Shown in pieces: positions 27,311 to 39,497 of a stretch of 64,000 nucleotides of DNA. A program made the position numbers and the translations under genes. Source of the DNA: Octopus sinensis (Eukaryota). The notes beneath the pieces are model-generated. The model was not told where the DNA came from and ran no database searches. It saw only the letters and a program-made list of their open reading frames with translations. Position 1 is the stretch's first letter, and every line of letters starts with the position of its first letter. The stretch covers positions 12,462,001 to 12,526,000 of the forward strand of contig NC_043014.1 in assembly GCF_006345805.1 (NCBI RefSeq). Reading direction: 5' to 3'.

Positions 27311-29870
27311 TTTTTGGAGTATTCATGTCTCATTTCCTCACCTCAACAATGATGGACTAAAAAAAACTTCACCTCAACTTTTAAGGATCTCTCTCATTCT
27401 TAATACTGGTCCTGTTATGTATATATATATAGGGAGAGTTTACGAAAAAAAAAAAAAAGACAAAGACAGGTGGTGTACAAAACAAACAGATGTATTAGTA
27501 TAATGCTCAGGAATAGAAAAAGTCTTTTATGTTTCGAGCCTACGCTCTTCTACAGAAAGGTACACAAAAAAAACAAGGAGAGAAAAAAAATGTGTGTAGT
27601 GGCTAACGATCGATCATGGTTTTGTATATATATATATATATATAACCAGTGTATGCTGAAGGTATCCAGAGTACCCTAGGACTTCCCCTATTTGTGGTGT
27701 TCATATCTCATTTCAGTGTATTTGTTGGCAAATATATATATATGTGGTTATCTTTTGACAATGATGGACTAAAAAAAAAAATCTTTACCTCAATATTTAA
27801 GCATCTCTCTTGATATCGGTCCTGCTGTGTTGTGTGTGTGTGTGTGTGCATATACATGCATACATATGTATGTATGGAGAAAAGTGTAGAGGAAGAAATT
27901 GTAAGAAAACATTATATACCTTTATCTTTACGTGCAGCACTTACATTTGACCACTTTCTTTTATTCTTTTACTTGTTTCAGTCATTTCACTGTGGTCATG
28001 CTGGAGCACCACCTTGAAGGGTCTTTAATTGAACACATCAACCCCAGTGCTTTGTTTTTTTTTTAAACCTTGTATTTATTCTATTGGATCTCTCTCTCTC
28101 TCTCTGTATATGACTTGCTTCATCTACCACGTTCACTCACTAGATATTGGTCAAGCCAAGCGTTATAGTAGGTGACACTTTCCAAGATGCCATGGAACAC
28201 CTTGTGGTTGCAAAGCCAGCTTCTTAATCACACAGCCATGTCTCTGCACCTGTGTGTGTGTGTTTTTTTTGCTTCAGGAATGAAATGTAGAAGTGCAGTA
28301 TTACAGATCTCAGATCACTTTTAAATATCTTTCATTAACAGGGAAAATATTTAAATTCAGCATATCGTATTTTTAACTACGTCCAAATTCATTAGTTTTA
28401 TTAATTGTATTTAAAAAAAAAATTTTTTTTTCCAAAATATATTTCTGGGGGATTAAAAAAAGCCTTGGTTTTTGTCTCTGTTACAAAATCATTGGTAGTT
28501 TAATTCTTTAGCATATCTGGCCCAAAATATTCTACCAGTTTCAAATTGACTGGATCCAGCCCCTCACACCTATCCTGAAATGCTGTTCTAAAAATAAGCA
28601 ATCACACCACTGAAGTCTCAAGGCTGTGAGGTAATGCATGATTAATTCAAAACAATGTGAATAAATAAGCATTAAATTTCACTGAGTAATCTGAACGCTA
28701 AAAGGTTTAAAATAGATATTTGTAAAAATCAGATAACAATGCAGATTGATTAACAAACATTTCCCCCTCGGCTTTCAATAATGTTGTGTTTGTTTTTATA
28801 AAATATGCATTTGCTTCCCAGGACAATTGTTCAATTCATTGTAGGTCTTATTTTAATTTTCTAACTTTGAGAAAATTCAATGTCTTTAAAATAACCCAAA
28901 ACCCAAGAAGATAATGTAGTGTGTTCTTGTTTGCCTTCTTCGACACTTGATCTAAGTACTTCATTACTCCTTTACTTGTTTCAGTCATTTGACTGTGGCC
29001 ATGCTGGAGCACCGCCTTTTAGTCGAGCAAATTGACCCCAGGACTTATTCTTTGTAAGCCTAGTACTTATTCTATTGGTCTCCTTTGCTGAACCGCTAAA
29101 TTACGAGGATGTAAACTGTTGAAGAATATAACTGTTGAAGAATATATCAAAACACCATTAATCCTTTCATTAGCATATTTCTGTTGAAAATATATTGCTT
29201 TTGTTTCAATTAATTTTGAAAATAATGAAGAGTTTAGTCAAATATCTTTACCGTTATTAATCCAGTGGTAAGGTAGTGAGCTGGCAGAATCATTAGCATT
29301 TCAGGCAAAATGCATAGTGCTATTACATCTGTCCTTATGTTCTGAGTTCAAGTCCCACCAAGGTTGACTTTGCCTTCTGTCCGTTCAGGGTCGATAAAAT
29401 AAGTACCACTGGAACACAGGGGTCAATGTAAACGACTTACCCCATCCCTCAAACTTGCTGGCCTTGTGCCAAAATTTGAAATCATTATTATTAATCCAGT
29501 GGTTGGAACATGAATGAACATGAAATTTTGATGGGGAGACTTTACTGTAAATCACTTCAAAACAGGAAGTTTGTGTCGTAAATAGAAGCAGTATCAGATG
29601 GGTTCATATCAGAAGGATAAAATAAGGCTGGGCAACGTTTCACACAGAGAAAGTAGTGCTTTTACAAAATTTCCTGTCGTGTCTTGCTGGCAGTTTGTGA
29701 CAATCTTTTTTTTTATTGATCCTTTTGAGACACACAGTTTTGGTATGTGCAACCAAAAAGACCAAAATGTTTTTTTTTTGTTGAGATTGTAAATGATGGG
29801 TGCTTGTAGAAAACAAAAGGATAAAGTGTCTAAAACTACTTTATTAGTATGGGAAACTACGTATATTATA

Positions 29871-30188
29871 TAAGCCATTTAAGAAACACACAAAAACCGT
29901 TAGATTCACTTCAACATTTAAATTTAATTTGCCAAAATATTTTCATCGCTTTGAGACTGTGACCTCTTCACTGACAAAATTCCGTGTTGCATCTTATTTT
30001 GTCAATGAACAGGTTGCGGTTTCAAAGCGACAAAAATATTTTGGCAAATTAAATTTAAATGTTGAAGTGAATCTAACAGTTTTTGTATGTTTCTTAAATG
30101 GCTTATAAACAACTTCCACGCTGCAATTGTTTCCGTTCCAGCACATGATCTCAGATCAGGTCACTTGCTATGCAAGTACATCTCCGTA
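29871..30188. mobile_element. Palindromic MITE; another arm at 18958-19160
   Basis: Internal inverted arms; terminus tacggagatgtacttgcatagca shared with 18958. Confidence 0.8.
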
Positions 30189-30547
30189 TATTATATAGTT
30201 TTATATTTTATCTACTGAAAGATGTTTCATCGGGCTGATGGATCAGCCTCAGAGTCTTTTTAGCTTGTATCACTTGGGCTGATCAATTGGCCTGGGTGCC
30301 CCAAGAGGGTTAATTCAAATCCCTTTTGTATGTTACAAGAACTGTTAGATTGTTTATTGTCAAATGTTTCTCGTTTTCATATTCCAACCAAAATCAGTCT
30401 TTGGAAACTTAGATTCTTTTTCATTGAATTATTTCTTCAAATCTAGTAATATGTTTTTTTCAACCCTTTTTTTTTTCTGTTGATAAAATGTTATTTCTGC
30501 ATAAAACAATGAATAGTGCAACTTATAAGGCACCCTGTCCATTGCAG

Positions 30548-30659
30548 ACTATTGATGTATGCAGCAGGCGAAAGTACATTGCTAATATGTAGATGTGACA
30601 TGGCTTTTTAGAACAAAGATGGAAAATAGGTTCAAAATTACTCAATCAACAATAGAAAG
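30548..30659 (+). other. Candidate exon with start codon at 30619
   Basis: ccattgcag| ... aag|gtaagt; aagATGG gives MENRFKITQSTIE, open to the donor. Confidence 0.3.
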
Positions 30660-30749
30660 GTAAGTGTGTGTACAGAGATTCTTTGCGAATTGAATTTATG
30701 TCTGAATTTATCAAAACATTTGATAAGTCATTTTGTGTTTGTCATTAAA

Positions 30750-31161
30750 CTAGCAGTATAGCCCAGCGTTGCTTGGGCTTGTTTTCTTTTCGACCCTTTA
30801 GAATTGGAATTTTTGAAAAGTAAAAATTTTGCATTATGCAGCTTGTCATTCTTTTTAAGTGAACATTTTTCTGGTTGAAATACACCGAAAAATAGCAACA
30901 CAGCAGTCAAAAAGTCGTTAAAAAATAGGGATTTTCATAGAAAAAAAGCACCTTTTTGATGTAAATAATTTTTGGTCCTAACATGGTCCGATTTGAATTT
31001 TTTCTTCTACGGAAGGAAGAGCAACCCTTCTTCTATTATACTCTCAATTTTGGTCAACTTGCGCCGCAGGGTCTTGGAGGAGATAGTGTTAGTTGAAGGC
31101 TACCAAACCTGCCATACACAGACAACTTCAGCTTATATATATATATATATATATATATAGA
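30750..31161 (-). mobile_element. Non-autonomous Helitron-like element
   Basis: Same TC.../hairpin-CTAG end structure as 57749-58114. Confidence 0.65.
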
Positions 31162-31348
31162 TAATTGAACTTTTACAAGCTTTTTAATCATTAGTTTTGA
31201 GCCTTTAGCTTTCAGATTACTGTCGTGCCAGACAAAATGCTTAGCATTTTCATCCATCTTTACATTCTGAGTTCAAATTCTGCTGAGGTTGACTTTGTCT
31301 TTCATCCTTTTGGGTCAATGAAATAAGTGTCAATTGAGCATTGGGTTT

Positions 31349-31448
31349 NNNNNNNNNNNNNNNNNNNNNNNNNNNNNNNNNNNNNNNNNNNNNNNNNNNN
31401 NNNNNNNNNNNNNNNNNNNNNNNNNNNNNNNNNNNNNNNNNNNNNNNN
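31349..31448. other. Assembly gap (100 N)
   Basis: Run of exactly 100 N, a placeholder length. Confidence 0.99.
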
Positions 31449-33660
31449 CACTCTCCTCCATTTTTCCATCCTTAAGTTCAGACAGTACTTTGGTCAGCGT
31501 TAAACATTCTTGCGATTTGTCAGACAATTTCTCTTCTAGTTCTTTCACCATTTCACTTTCTTCAATCTTTCTTTCTTTAAGTTCAGACAATTCTCTGGAA
31601 TGTGCTAAGCACTCTTGTGATTTTTCAGACAATTTCTCTTCTAGTTCCTTTACTGTTACACTCTCCTCTATTTTCCATCCTTAAGTTCAGACAATACTTT
31701 GGTCAGCGCTAAACATTCTTGCGATTTGTCAGACAATTTCTCTTCTAGTTCTTTCACCATTTCACTTTCTTCAATCTTTCTTTCTTTAAGTTCAGACAAT
31801 TCTCTGGAATGTGTTAAGCACTCTTGTGATTTTTCAGACAATTTCTCTTCTAGTTCTTTACTTTCACTTTCTTCCATTTTCTTTCTTTAAGTTCAGACAA
31901 TACTTCTGGAAGCGCTAAGCATTCTTGCGATTTGTCAGACAATTTCTCTTCTAGTTCTTTACCATTTCACTCTCTTCATTTTTCATCCTTAAGTTCAGAC
32001 AATACTTTGGTCAGTGTTAAGCACTCTTGTGATTTCTCAGACAATTTCTCTTCTAGTTCTTTCACCATTTCACTTTCTTCAATCTTTCTTTCTTTAAGTT
32101 CAGACAATTCTCTGGAATGTGCTAAGCACTCTTGTGATTTTTCAGACAATTTCTCTTCTAGTTCCTTTACTGTTACACTCTCCTCTATTTTTCCATCCTT
32201 AAGTTCAGACAATACTTTGGTCAGCGCTAAACATTCTTGCGATTTGTCAGACAATTTCTCTTCTAGTTCTTTCACCATTTCACTTTCTTCAATCTTTCTT
32301 TCTTTAAGTTCAGACAATTCTCTGGAATGTGCTGAACATTCTTGCGATTTTTCAGACAATTTCTCTTCTAGTTCCTTTACTGTTACACTCTCCTCCATTT
32401 TCCCTTCCTTAAGTTCAGACAATACTTTGGTCAGCGCTAAACATTCTTGTGATTTGTCATTGAATTTTTCTTCTAGTTCTTTCACTATTTTACTCTCCTC
32501 CATCTTTCTTTCTTTAAGTTGAGATAATTCTTGAGAAAGAGCTAAGCACTCTTGTGATTTCTCTTCTAGTTCTTTCACCATTTCACTTTCCTCCATCTTT
32601 CTTTCTTTAAGTTGAGATAATTCTTGAGAAAGAGCTAAGCACTCTTGTGATTTCTCTTCTAGTTCTTTCACCATTTCACTTTCCTCCATCTTTCTTTCTT
32701 TAAGTTGAGATAATTCTTGAGAAAGAGCTAAGCACTCTTGTGATTTCTCTTCTAGTTCTTTCACCATTTCACTTTCCTCAATCTTTCTTTCTTTAAGTTC
32801 AGACAATTCTTGAGAAAGAGCAGAGCATTCTTCTGACTTTTCAGACAATTTCTTTTCTAGCTCTTTCACTATTTCACTCAACTCTCTTTTTCCATCCTTA
32901 AGTTCAGACAATTCTTTGGAAAGAACTGAACATTCTTCTGACTTGTCCGACAATTTCACTTCTGGTTCCTTTACTGTTACACTCTCCTCCATTTTCCCTT
33001 CCTTAAGTTCAGACAATACTTTGGTAAGCGCTAAACATTCTTGTGATTTCTCAGACAATTTCTCTTCTAGTTCTTTCACCATTTCACTTTCCTCAATCTT
33101 TCTTTCTTTAAGTTCAGACAATTCCCTGGAATGTGCTGAACATTCTTGCGATTTTTCAGACAATTTCACTTCTAGTTCCTTTACTGTTACACTCTCCTCC
33201 ATTTTTCCATCCTTAAGTTCAGACAATTCTTTGAAAAGAGCTGAACATTCTTCTGACTTTTCAGACAATTTCTCTTCTAGTTCCTTCACTGTTATACTCT
33301 CCTCCATATTTTTTTGTTTAAGCTCCGACAATACTTTGCTAAGCGCTAAACATTCTTGTGATTTCTCAGACAATTCCTCTTCCAGTTCTTTTACTGTCTT
33401 GTTCAGCTCTATATTTCTACCTTCAAGCTCAGAGAATTCTCTGGAATGCACTAAACATTCTTGTGATTTAGCAGATAACTTTTCTTCAATTTCTTTTAAT
33501 CTTTCATCCATCTCACTTTCTTTAATTTCAGGAAGCTCTGTTACTCTTTCATTATCATCCATCTTTCTTTCTTTCAGTAAAGACAATTCTTTGGAGAGAA
33601 ATAAGCACTCTTGTGATTTGGCAGAAAGGTTCTCTTCAAGTTCCTTTATCATTTCACTAT
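31449..33660 (-). repeat. Coding tandem repeat, 105-nt/35-aa unit, at least 21 copies
   Basis: Recurring ELEEKLSEKS(Q/E)EC...SELK unit; KS(Q/E)EC counted 21 times; three 93-nt variants. Confidence 0.95.
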
Positions 33661-35904
33661 CCTGTGCCCTAAGATCAAGTTCTGCAGCTAAATTATGGCA
33701 TTCATCAACCTTGGATTGCAGTTCTTTTTGACAAACATTCAATTTACTGTCAAGACTGATAAAACCAGCATTCTCAGCAGTAAGTCTCTCTAATGAGTCT
33801 TTCAAATTAGAATTATCTCTCTTCAGTTCATTAATGTAAGTCAGTTTTGATTTTAATTCTTTTCTGAGTTCTATAATGTCATCTTCATTGATGTCAAAAG
33901 AATTTGGTTGTATATTATCAATATATCCTGAATGAGATAAATTTAGCTCTAGTCCATCACAAATTTCTTGTTTGGCAGATTGAAGATTTACATCAGCAGA
34001 AAACAGCTGTTCTTCTTGCTCTGCATCTAATATATTAAAATCTCTTATTTCTTTCTCCAAAGCGGCAAAATTTTGGATCTTAGATTCCGACGATTCAAAT
34101 AGTAATTTATGTTTCTCTTTCAGATCATTCAACTCTTTCGTTTTATGAGAAAGTTCACTTTTCAACAAGATAATATCTGCCTTCTCTTTACTCTCACCCT
34201 CTGATCTTCCAATTTCTTCAACAAGTACATCATATTCTAGAGCTTTGGATTCTAATCTTTGTAAAGAACATTGCAAGGCTTCTATTTCCTTATCTTTTTG
34301 TGTTTTATAATCAGAGAATTTTGACTTCATTTCGCTTAATTGTTCAACCAAATCTTCACATTGTTGTCTTTTAGCCTCTAATTCTGCTTTGTTTGAAAGC
34401 AACTCTCCTTTCAGGTAGTCATATTCTTGTTTGTCAAGTGTACAGTCTCTTGCCAATGAATTTAACTGATGCAAATTATTCTGTATCTGTAGATTCTCAT
34501 CTTCAACAAGCTCTCCACTTCCATGTTTGAGCCTTTCTAGCTCAGAATCAGATTCATTGGAATTCTGTTGACTAACAATAATAGGGTTGGACCTCACTTC
34601 ACTTACACTTTCAAAGGATTCTAATTTAATTTTGAGTGATGAACATTCTTTAGTTTTAATTTCAACTTCTTTTTTCAGAGAATTAATTTCATCCTTCAAA
34701 GAATGACATTCTTGAATTTTCTTATCTAGACTTGTTTGGCATTCAAGAAGCTGACTTTTGGATGCTAAGTCAGAAATATCACTTGAGTCATAATCTTCAA
34801 GAGACGTAATTAGGACATCAGAATCATCCTTATCATTATCTTTCAAGTTAACTTGATGAACAATTGAAACGGATTTCCATTGACTCCTATCAGCAGAGTT
34901 TAAGCTCATAGATTTTCTGATGCTGGTATCTAACTGTTCGATTTGTGAAAGATCTACATCTTTTTGAGCTAGTAAGTGTTCTCTGGTTTCTTTCAAAGAT
35001 TTTTTCATTTCTAAAACAACAAGATGAGCAATCTCCACATTTTCTTGCAATTTTGTACATTCTTCACTTTTATTGCAAGTTCAAGTGCAATTTTCTCCTT
35101 TTCTCTAATTGTTGCTGCTAATTGTTCTTGAAGTTCAGAAAGAACATCATTGTTATCTTCTGGTGTTTTACTTTCTTCAGAAGTACTTAATTCAGGAATT
35201 TTATCATCTAATTGCACTTGCTGATCCACTGATGCTCTTGATAAATATGTTAGTTCTTCTGCTTTGAGTTTTAGTTTGTAGTTCAATTTTTCATTATCTT
35301 GCATAACTTTATTAAGTTGTGTCTTCAAGTCGATGTATTCTTTATGCTCAAAAACAGGCGTTTTGTCCTGAACAAGTTGATTAAGTTTGTCATTTTCTGC
35401 AATCAATTTATTAAGTTCTAGTTTTTGTTCATTATTTTCCGATGATAAGAAAGTTATTTCTTCAGATTTAGATAAGATTTGCTCTTTTGCCAATTGAAGA
35501 TCATGAGACAGTTTCTGAACCTGGCTTTCCAAAATTTGGACTTGGGACTCCAAATTAAATATTTGATCATTAAGCAGGTTATAGTCTGCTATACGTGCAG
35601 ATCGTGAAGCTGAACGACTAGTGATGTTGCTTAGATTCAGTAACGGCCTATCTCCAGAATTACTACAACAGCTAGTATCTAACAAACTAGATCTTTGTGC
35701 ATGCTGAAGCTCTTCTTCAAGGCTCTTCACACGTTCTTGACTATTTTGCAGTTTAGACAGCAAGTACATATTTTCAATTTCTGTACTTTGCACTTTTTGC
35801 ATCAGATCTGTTTTTGAGTCAATGAAAGCTTTCACTTCTCTGTCATGATTCGTTTTTTCTTCTTTCAGCCTTTGTCTCTCCTTTTCAATCTTTTCCTCTT
35901 CCAC
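31449..35904 (-). CDS. CENPE: CENP-E giant coiled-coil exon (at least 4.4 kb; truncated by gap; probable 1-nt sequencing indels)
   Basis: Acceptor ttcttacag|GTGGAA at 35904; ORFs 35011-35916 and 31976-35050 join if one A is restored near 35073 (giving NKSEECTKLQEN); E/K/L-rich heptads; more indels at 31670-31990. Confidence 0.8.
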
Positions 35905-35927
35905 CTGTAAGAACAAAGAAATACTTC

Positions 35928-36384
35928 TGTAGTGATGCTATTTTGGAAGTTTTCAGCACGCATGCACAGAGTTGGATTACTTCCGGTAGGCCGCCGGAAG
36001 TTCCCTCATGCGCAGAGAACTGCGAACAGAAAGTTTTCCCGCTAGATCAGTCTTTTTGAAGCTGCAGCCCTATCAAGTGGACACAACTAAACCTTCTCTC
36101 AAGGAAAACCTAACACGTAGAAAAGCCCCCTTCTACGAGGGAACGAAGACAGCATTTTGGCTCACACAAGTTAACTGTTGTGAATAGTTTTATGGACTTG
36201 GCTACCGGTTCGCCCCGAAGAAAATATATGTGCATATATTTTATTTGCGAATCCAGACAAAAATAAAGTATTATTTATTGCTGTTGAAGATAGTCGAAGC
36301 TTTGGTTTTCCTTTCAACACAATTGAATGTAACAGGATTAGACCGACACTCCTCAAGTGTTCCTGAGACCTTCATCCTGTTACA
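35928..36384 (+). mobile_element. Probable solo LTR
   Basis: TGTAG...TTACA ends, 457 bp, CpG-richer than flanks, AATAAA near 36262, imperfect flanking duplication cttc/cttt. Confidence 0.55.
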
Positions 36385-36776
36385 CTTTCAATAGGATTCG
36401 TGTCACAGATAATTTTCCTATAATTACATTGTATTCTGCGATGAAAGGTTTGACTATTTCTGTACATTCACTCACACTTCATAACATAATTAGCAAAGAA
36501 AATAATCTTAATTCTCAACAGCCCCATTCATCTAATAATAAACAGGCATCATGTAAGCAATTGGGGGAAGTGGAAGTGTGTGGGAAAATATATACTTTCT
36601 TACTCTTTTACTTGTTTCAGTCATTTTGATTGATTGTGGCCATGCTGCAGTGCTGCCTGGACTTATTCTTTGTAAGCCTGGTACTTATTCTATTGGTCTC
36701 CTTTGCTGAACTGCTAAGTTACGGGGATGTAAACACACCAAGATGGTAGTAATGTGATGGTGGAAGGACAAACACA

Positions 36777-36814
<38 letters not shown>

Positions 36815-38871
36815 AATAAATAACAGGCTTCTTTCAGTTTCCGTCTAGCAAATCCACTCACAATGCAGGGGAAGATGTAGATGAAGAGTTACAAGTGGTT
36901 CAAGGAGTTCAGAGGGCGACAAATGGAGCAGATGAATATGAAGGAGTAAGGGAAACTGAGCTTGCATAATTTCTGAAACCCTAGTGGAAGATGAGAGGAG
37001 TCTGAACAAATGCAGACACAACCTTTCAGAATAGAGTTTGAGCAAAGAATGTAGCCTCAATGGTGCAGATGGATTATGGATACAGGCTGAGAAATCTGTG
37101 GCTTGGAGAGGAATAGGACATAGAGTTTGTGTGAGCGTGAGGTGATGTGGTATTTAGGTTGCAACAAAGTCCATGGACATCAAAGAAGTAGGAAAATTGT
37201 TCACAAGATTCAGTGTTGGTTTCTGACATCTTGGGGAAAATGCCAAGGATGAAAGTTTCTCAAAAAATCATGAGAATGCTCAGCCAAAAGAATGCTTGCG
37301 ACAGAGTGGATTCTGACAAAGGTGCCCATGGGTCAAAGTGGTAGTGCTAAAAAGAGTGATATAATGGAATCTATTGTTCAGAAAAGGAAGAGAAAAAAAG
37401 GGAGAGAAAGAGATCCTGTTGGCAATTAGTGGCTGATGCTAACTGAAAGTGATCTACAGAATCTGTTTATAGATTCAGTTGAAGAAGTTCAAAAGAGAAA
37501 AAAACATTTTGATATTTCGTTGCACCTCTCAAATCCACGCAGAAAAATATTTCATCTTTAACCCTTTAGTATTTAAACCGGCCATATCCGGCCAAAATAT
37601 TCTATGTATTTTATGTTCAAACTAGTCAGATATGGTCATTCATAGCTACCTTATTGTGTCATTTTAAAATAAACAATCACATCATTGAAATCTCGAAGCC
37701 ATGAAATGATGCAAGATTAATTTTACATGGTGTGAATACATAAGCTTTACATTTGACAGAATAATCTGAATGCTAAAGGGTTAACAATTAGGTTTATAAT
37801 ATTCAAAATTGCCATCTTATAAGCCTAGTTAAGTTGGTGTACAGCACCAAGATGTGGTGCAGAGCTTTCTAATAGGAATATCTAAAATAGGCATAGGCAT
37901 GGATATGTGGTAAGAAGCCCGTTTCCCAGCCACATGGTTCTGGGTTCAATCCCAGTGTGTGGCCCCTTGGGCAAGTGTCTTCTGCTATAGTCTCGAGTTG
38001 ACTAAAGCCTTGTGAGTAGATTTGGGAAATGGAAACTGAAAGAAGCCTGTTGTATATATGTGTGTGTGTGTTTGTCCCCCCCCCCCATCACTGCTTGACA
38101 ACCAGTGTTGGTGTGTTTAAAACAGACTGATAGAATAAGTACAGTAATTAAAAATAAGTCCTGGGGTCGATTTTTTTGGTTAAAACTCTCCAAGGGTGTG
38201 CTCCAGCATGGTCACAGTCAAATGGCTGAAACAAGTAAAAGAATTAAAGAATAAGAATAAAATAGAGACGAATAAGTGGAGGCAAGTGGCTTAGTGGTTA
38301 GGGTGTTGAACTCATGGTCATAAGATTTTGGTTTCAATTCTGGGACCAGGCGGTGTGTTGTGTTCTTGAGCAAAACACATCACTTCATGTTACTCCAGTC
38401 CACTCAGCTGGCAAAAGCATGTCATCTTGTAAAGGACTAGTGCCGCATCCAGGAAGGAATATACACATCACAGTAACTGGGAAACTAGCCTTATGAATCT
38501 ATATGACTCAGGAAGGAACTTTAAACCCCACAACCCAACCCTTTTTTTCTCTTCTCTGTCTCTCGCTGGGTAACCAGGTAGCTCCTCTATAGCAAGACAC
38601 CTGTATCTATCTCTCAGTCACACTCTAACCTTTTATCCTCTGACACAAGTCCCCTCTTTAAATGCCCCTACCCTCCCCAAAATTCCTTGTCTTGCAAGTT
38701 ACTTGGTGACCCTGCCAGTGCTGGTGCCATGTTAGAAGCATCCAGTCCACTCTGTAAAGTGATTAGCATTTAGAAGGGCATCCAGTCGTAAAAACTCTGT
38801 CAAAACAGACACAGTATCCTGAGGTAGTCTTCTACCTGGCTGGCCCCTGTCAACCGTCCTACTTATACATG

Positions 38872-39408
38872 TGTAAGAGTTAGCACTTCCTTCTCTAAGC
38901 CTAGATTCGAAATCGAATCCAAGAATCATCGGTCGTCAAAAACCAATGCATGTATAGGCGCGAAATTTAAAGATCCTTTGTTCTGTCAAAAACTGATTGA
39001 TCATCTCCCTTTGACCTGCGACCTCAGCCATGTCAGGCGAAGTTCAACTGTACAAGCGCTGACCTACTTAAGTGGTGGCTCTGTTGCAGTATGTCTATCT
39101 TTCTAGCTGTTTGAAATATTATAAATACAAGGGAAAAACAGAGAAAGAAACACAATCGGAGCTGACACACCAGCAGACACCCCACGTTTTGGAGACGACA
39201 GAGAAAATGCCTACAGGCTACTGTTTCGAATGATTCACGCACACACCCACACACACAAACATATTCATCTTTATTATGTGCTCTATGCAAGCAATGTGTA
39301 GCATTTGCTTACAATTGTATGTAGTGTATTTATAATCCATGTAAATAAATCCCTTTTTAATCATGAAACAATTTATGTATTTATTAATACACACACACAT
39401 CCACTACA
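38872..39408 (+). repeat. 5' LTR (537 bp)
   Basis: TG...CA ends; direct repeat of 44106-44627. Confidence 0.93.
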
Positions 39409-39410
39409 TT

Positions 39411-39421
39411 TGGTGACCCCG
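39411..39421 (+). promoter_or_regulatory. Primer binding site, tRNA-Trp type
   Basis: TGGTGACCCCG 2 nt after the LTR, complementary to the tRNA-Trp 3' end CGGGGUCACCA. Confidence 0.8.
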
Positions 39422-39497
39422 TCAAACAAATTGCGCCTTCCCCGGAACCAGCTTCATCAACCACGTTGAAGAATTACAGCTTGCACATCACCCGGCA

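Noticed and set aside
31932-33731. Ser-rich plus-strand ORFs
   Set aside because: Antisense shadows of the E/K-rich coding repeat
35040-35085. Programmed frameshift or pseudogenisation of CENP-E
   Set aside because: Restoring one A in an A-rich run gives the KSEEC motif; similar indels near the contig end point to sequencing error
36860-37500. Purine-rich tract as an extra exon
   Set aside because: Wrong strand for CENP-E, stops in the frames examined, and not needed for phase continuity; probably a decayed repeat
39033-39290. Antisense ORF present in both LTRs
   Set aside because: Duplicated only because the LTRs are; low complexity and no domain
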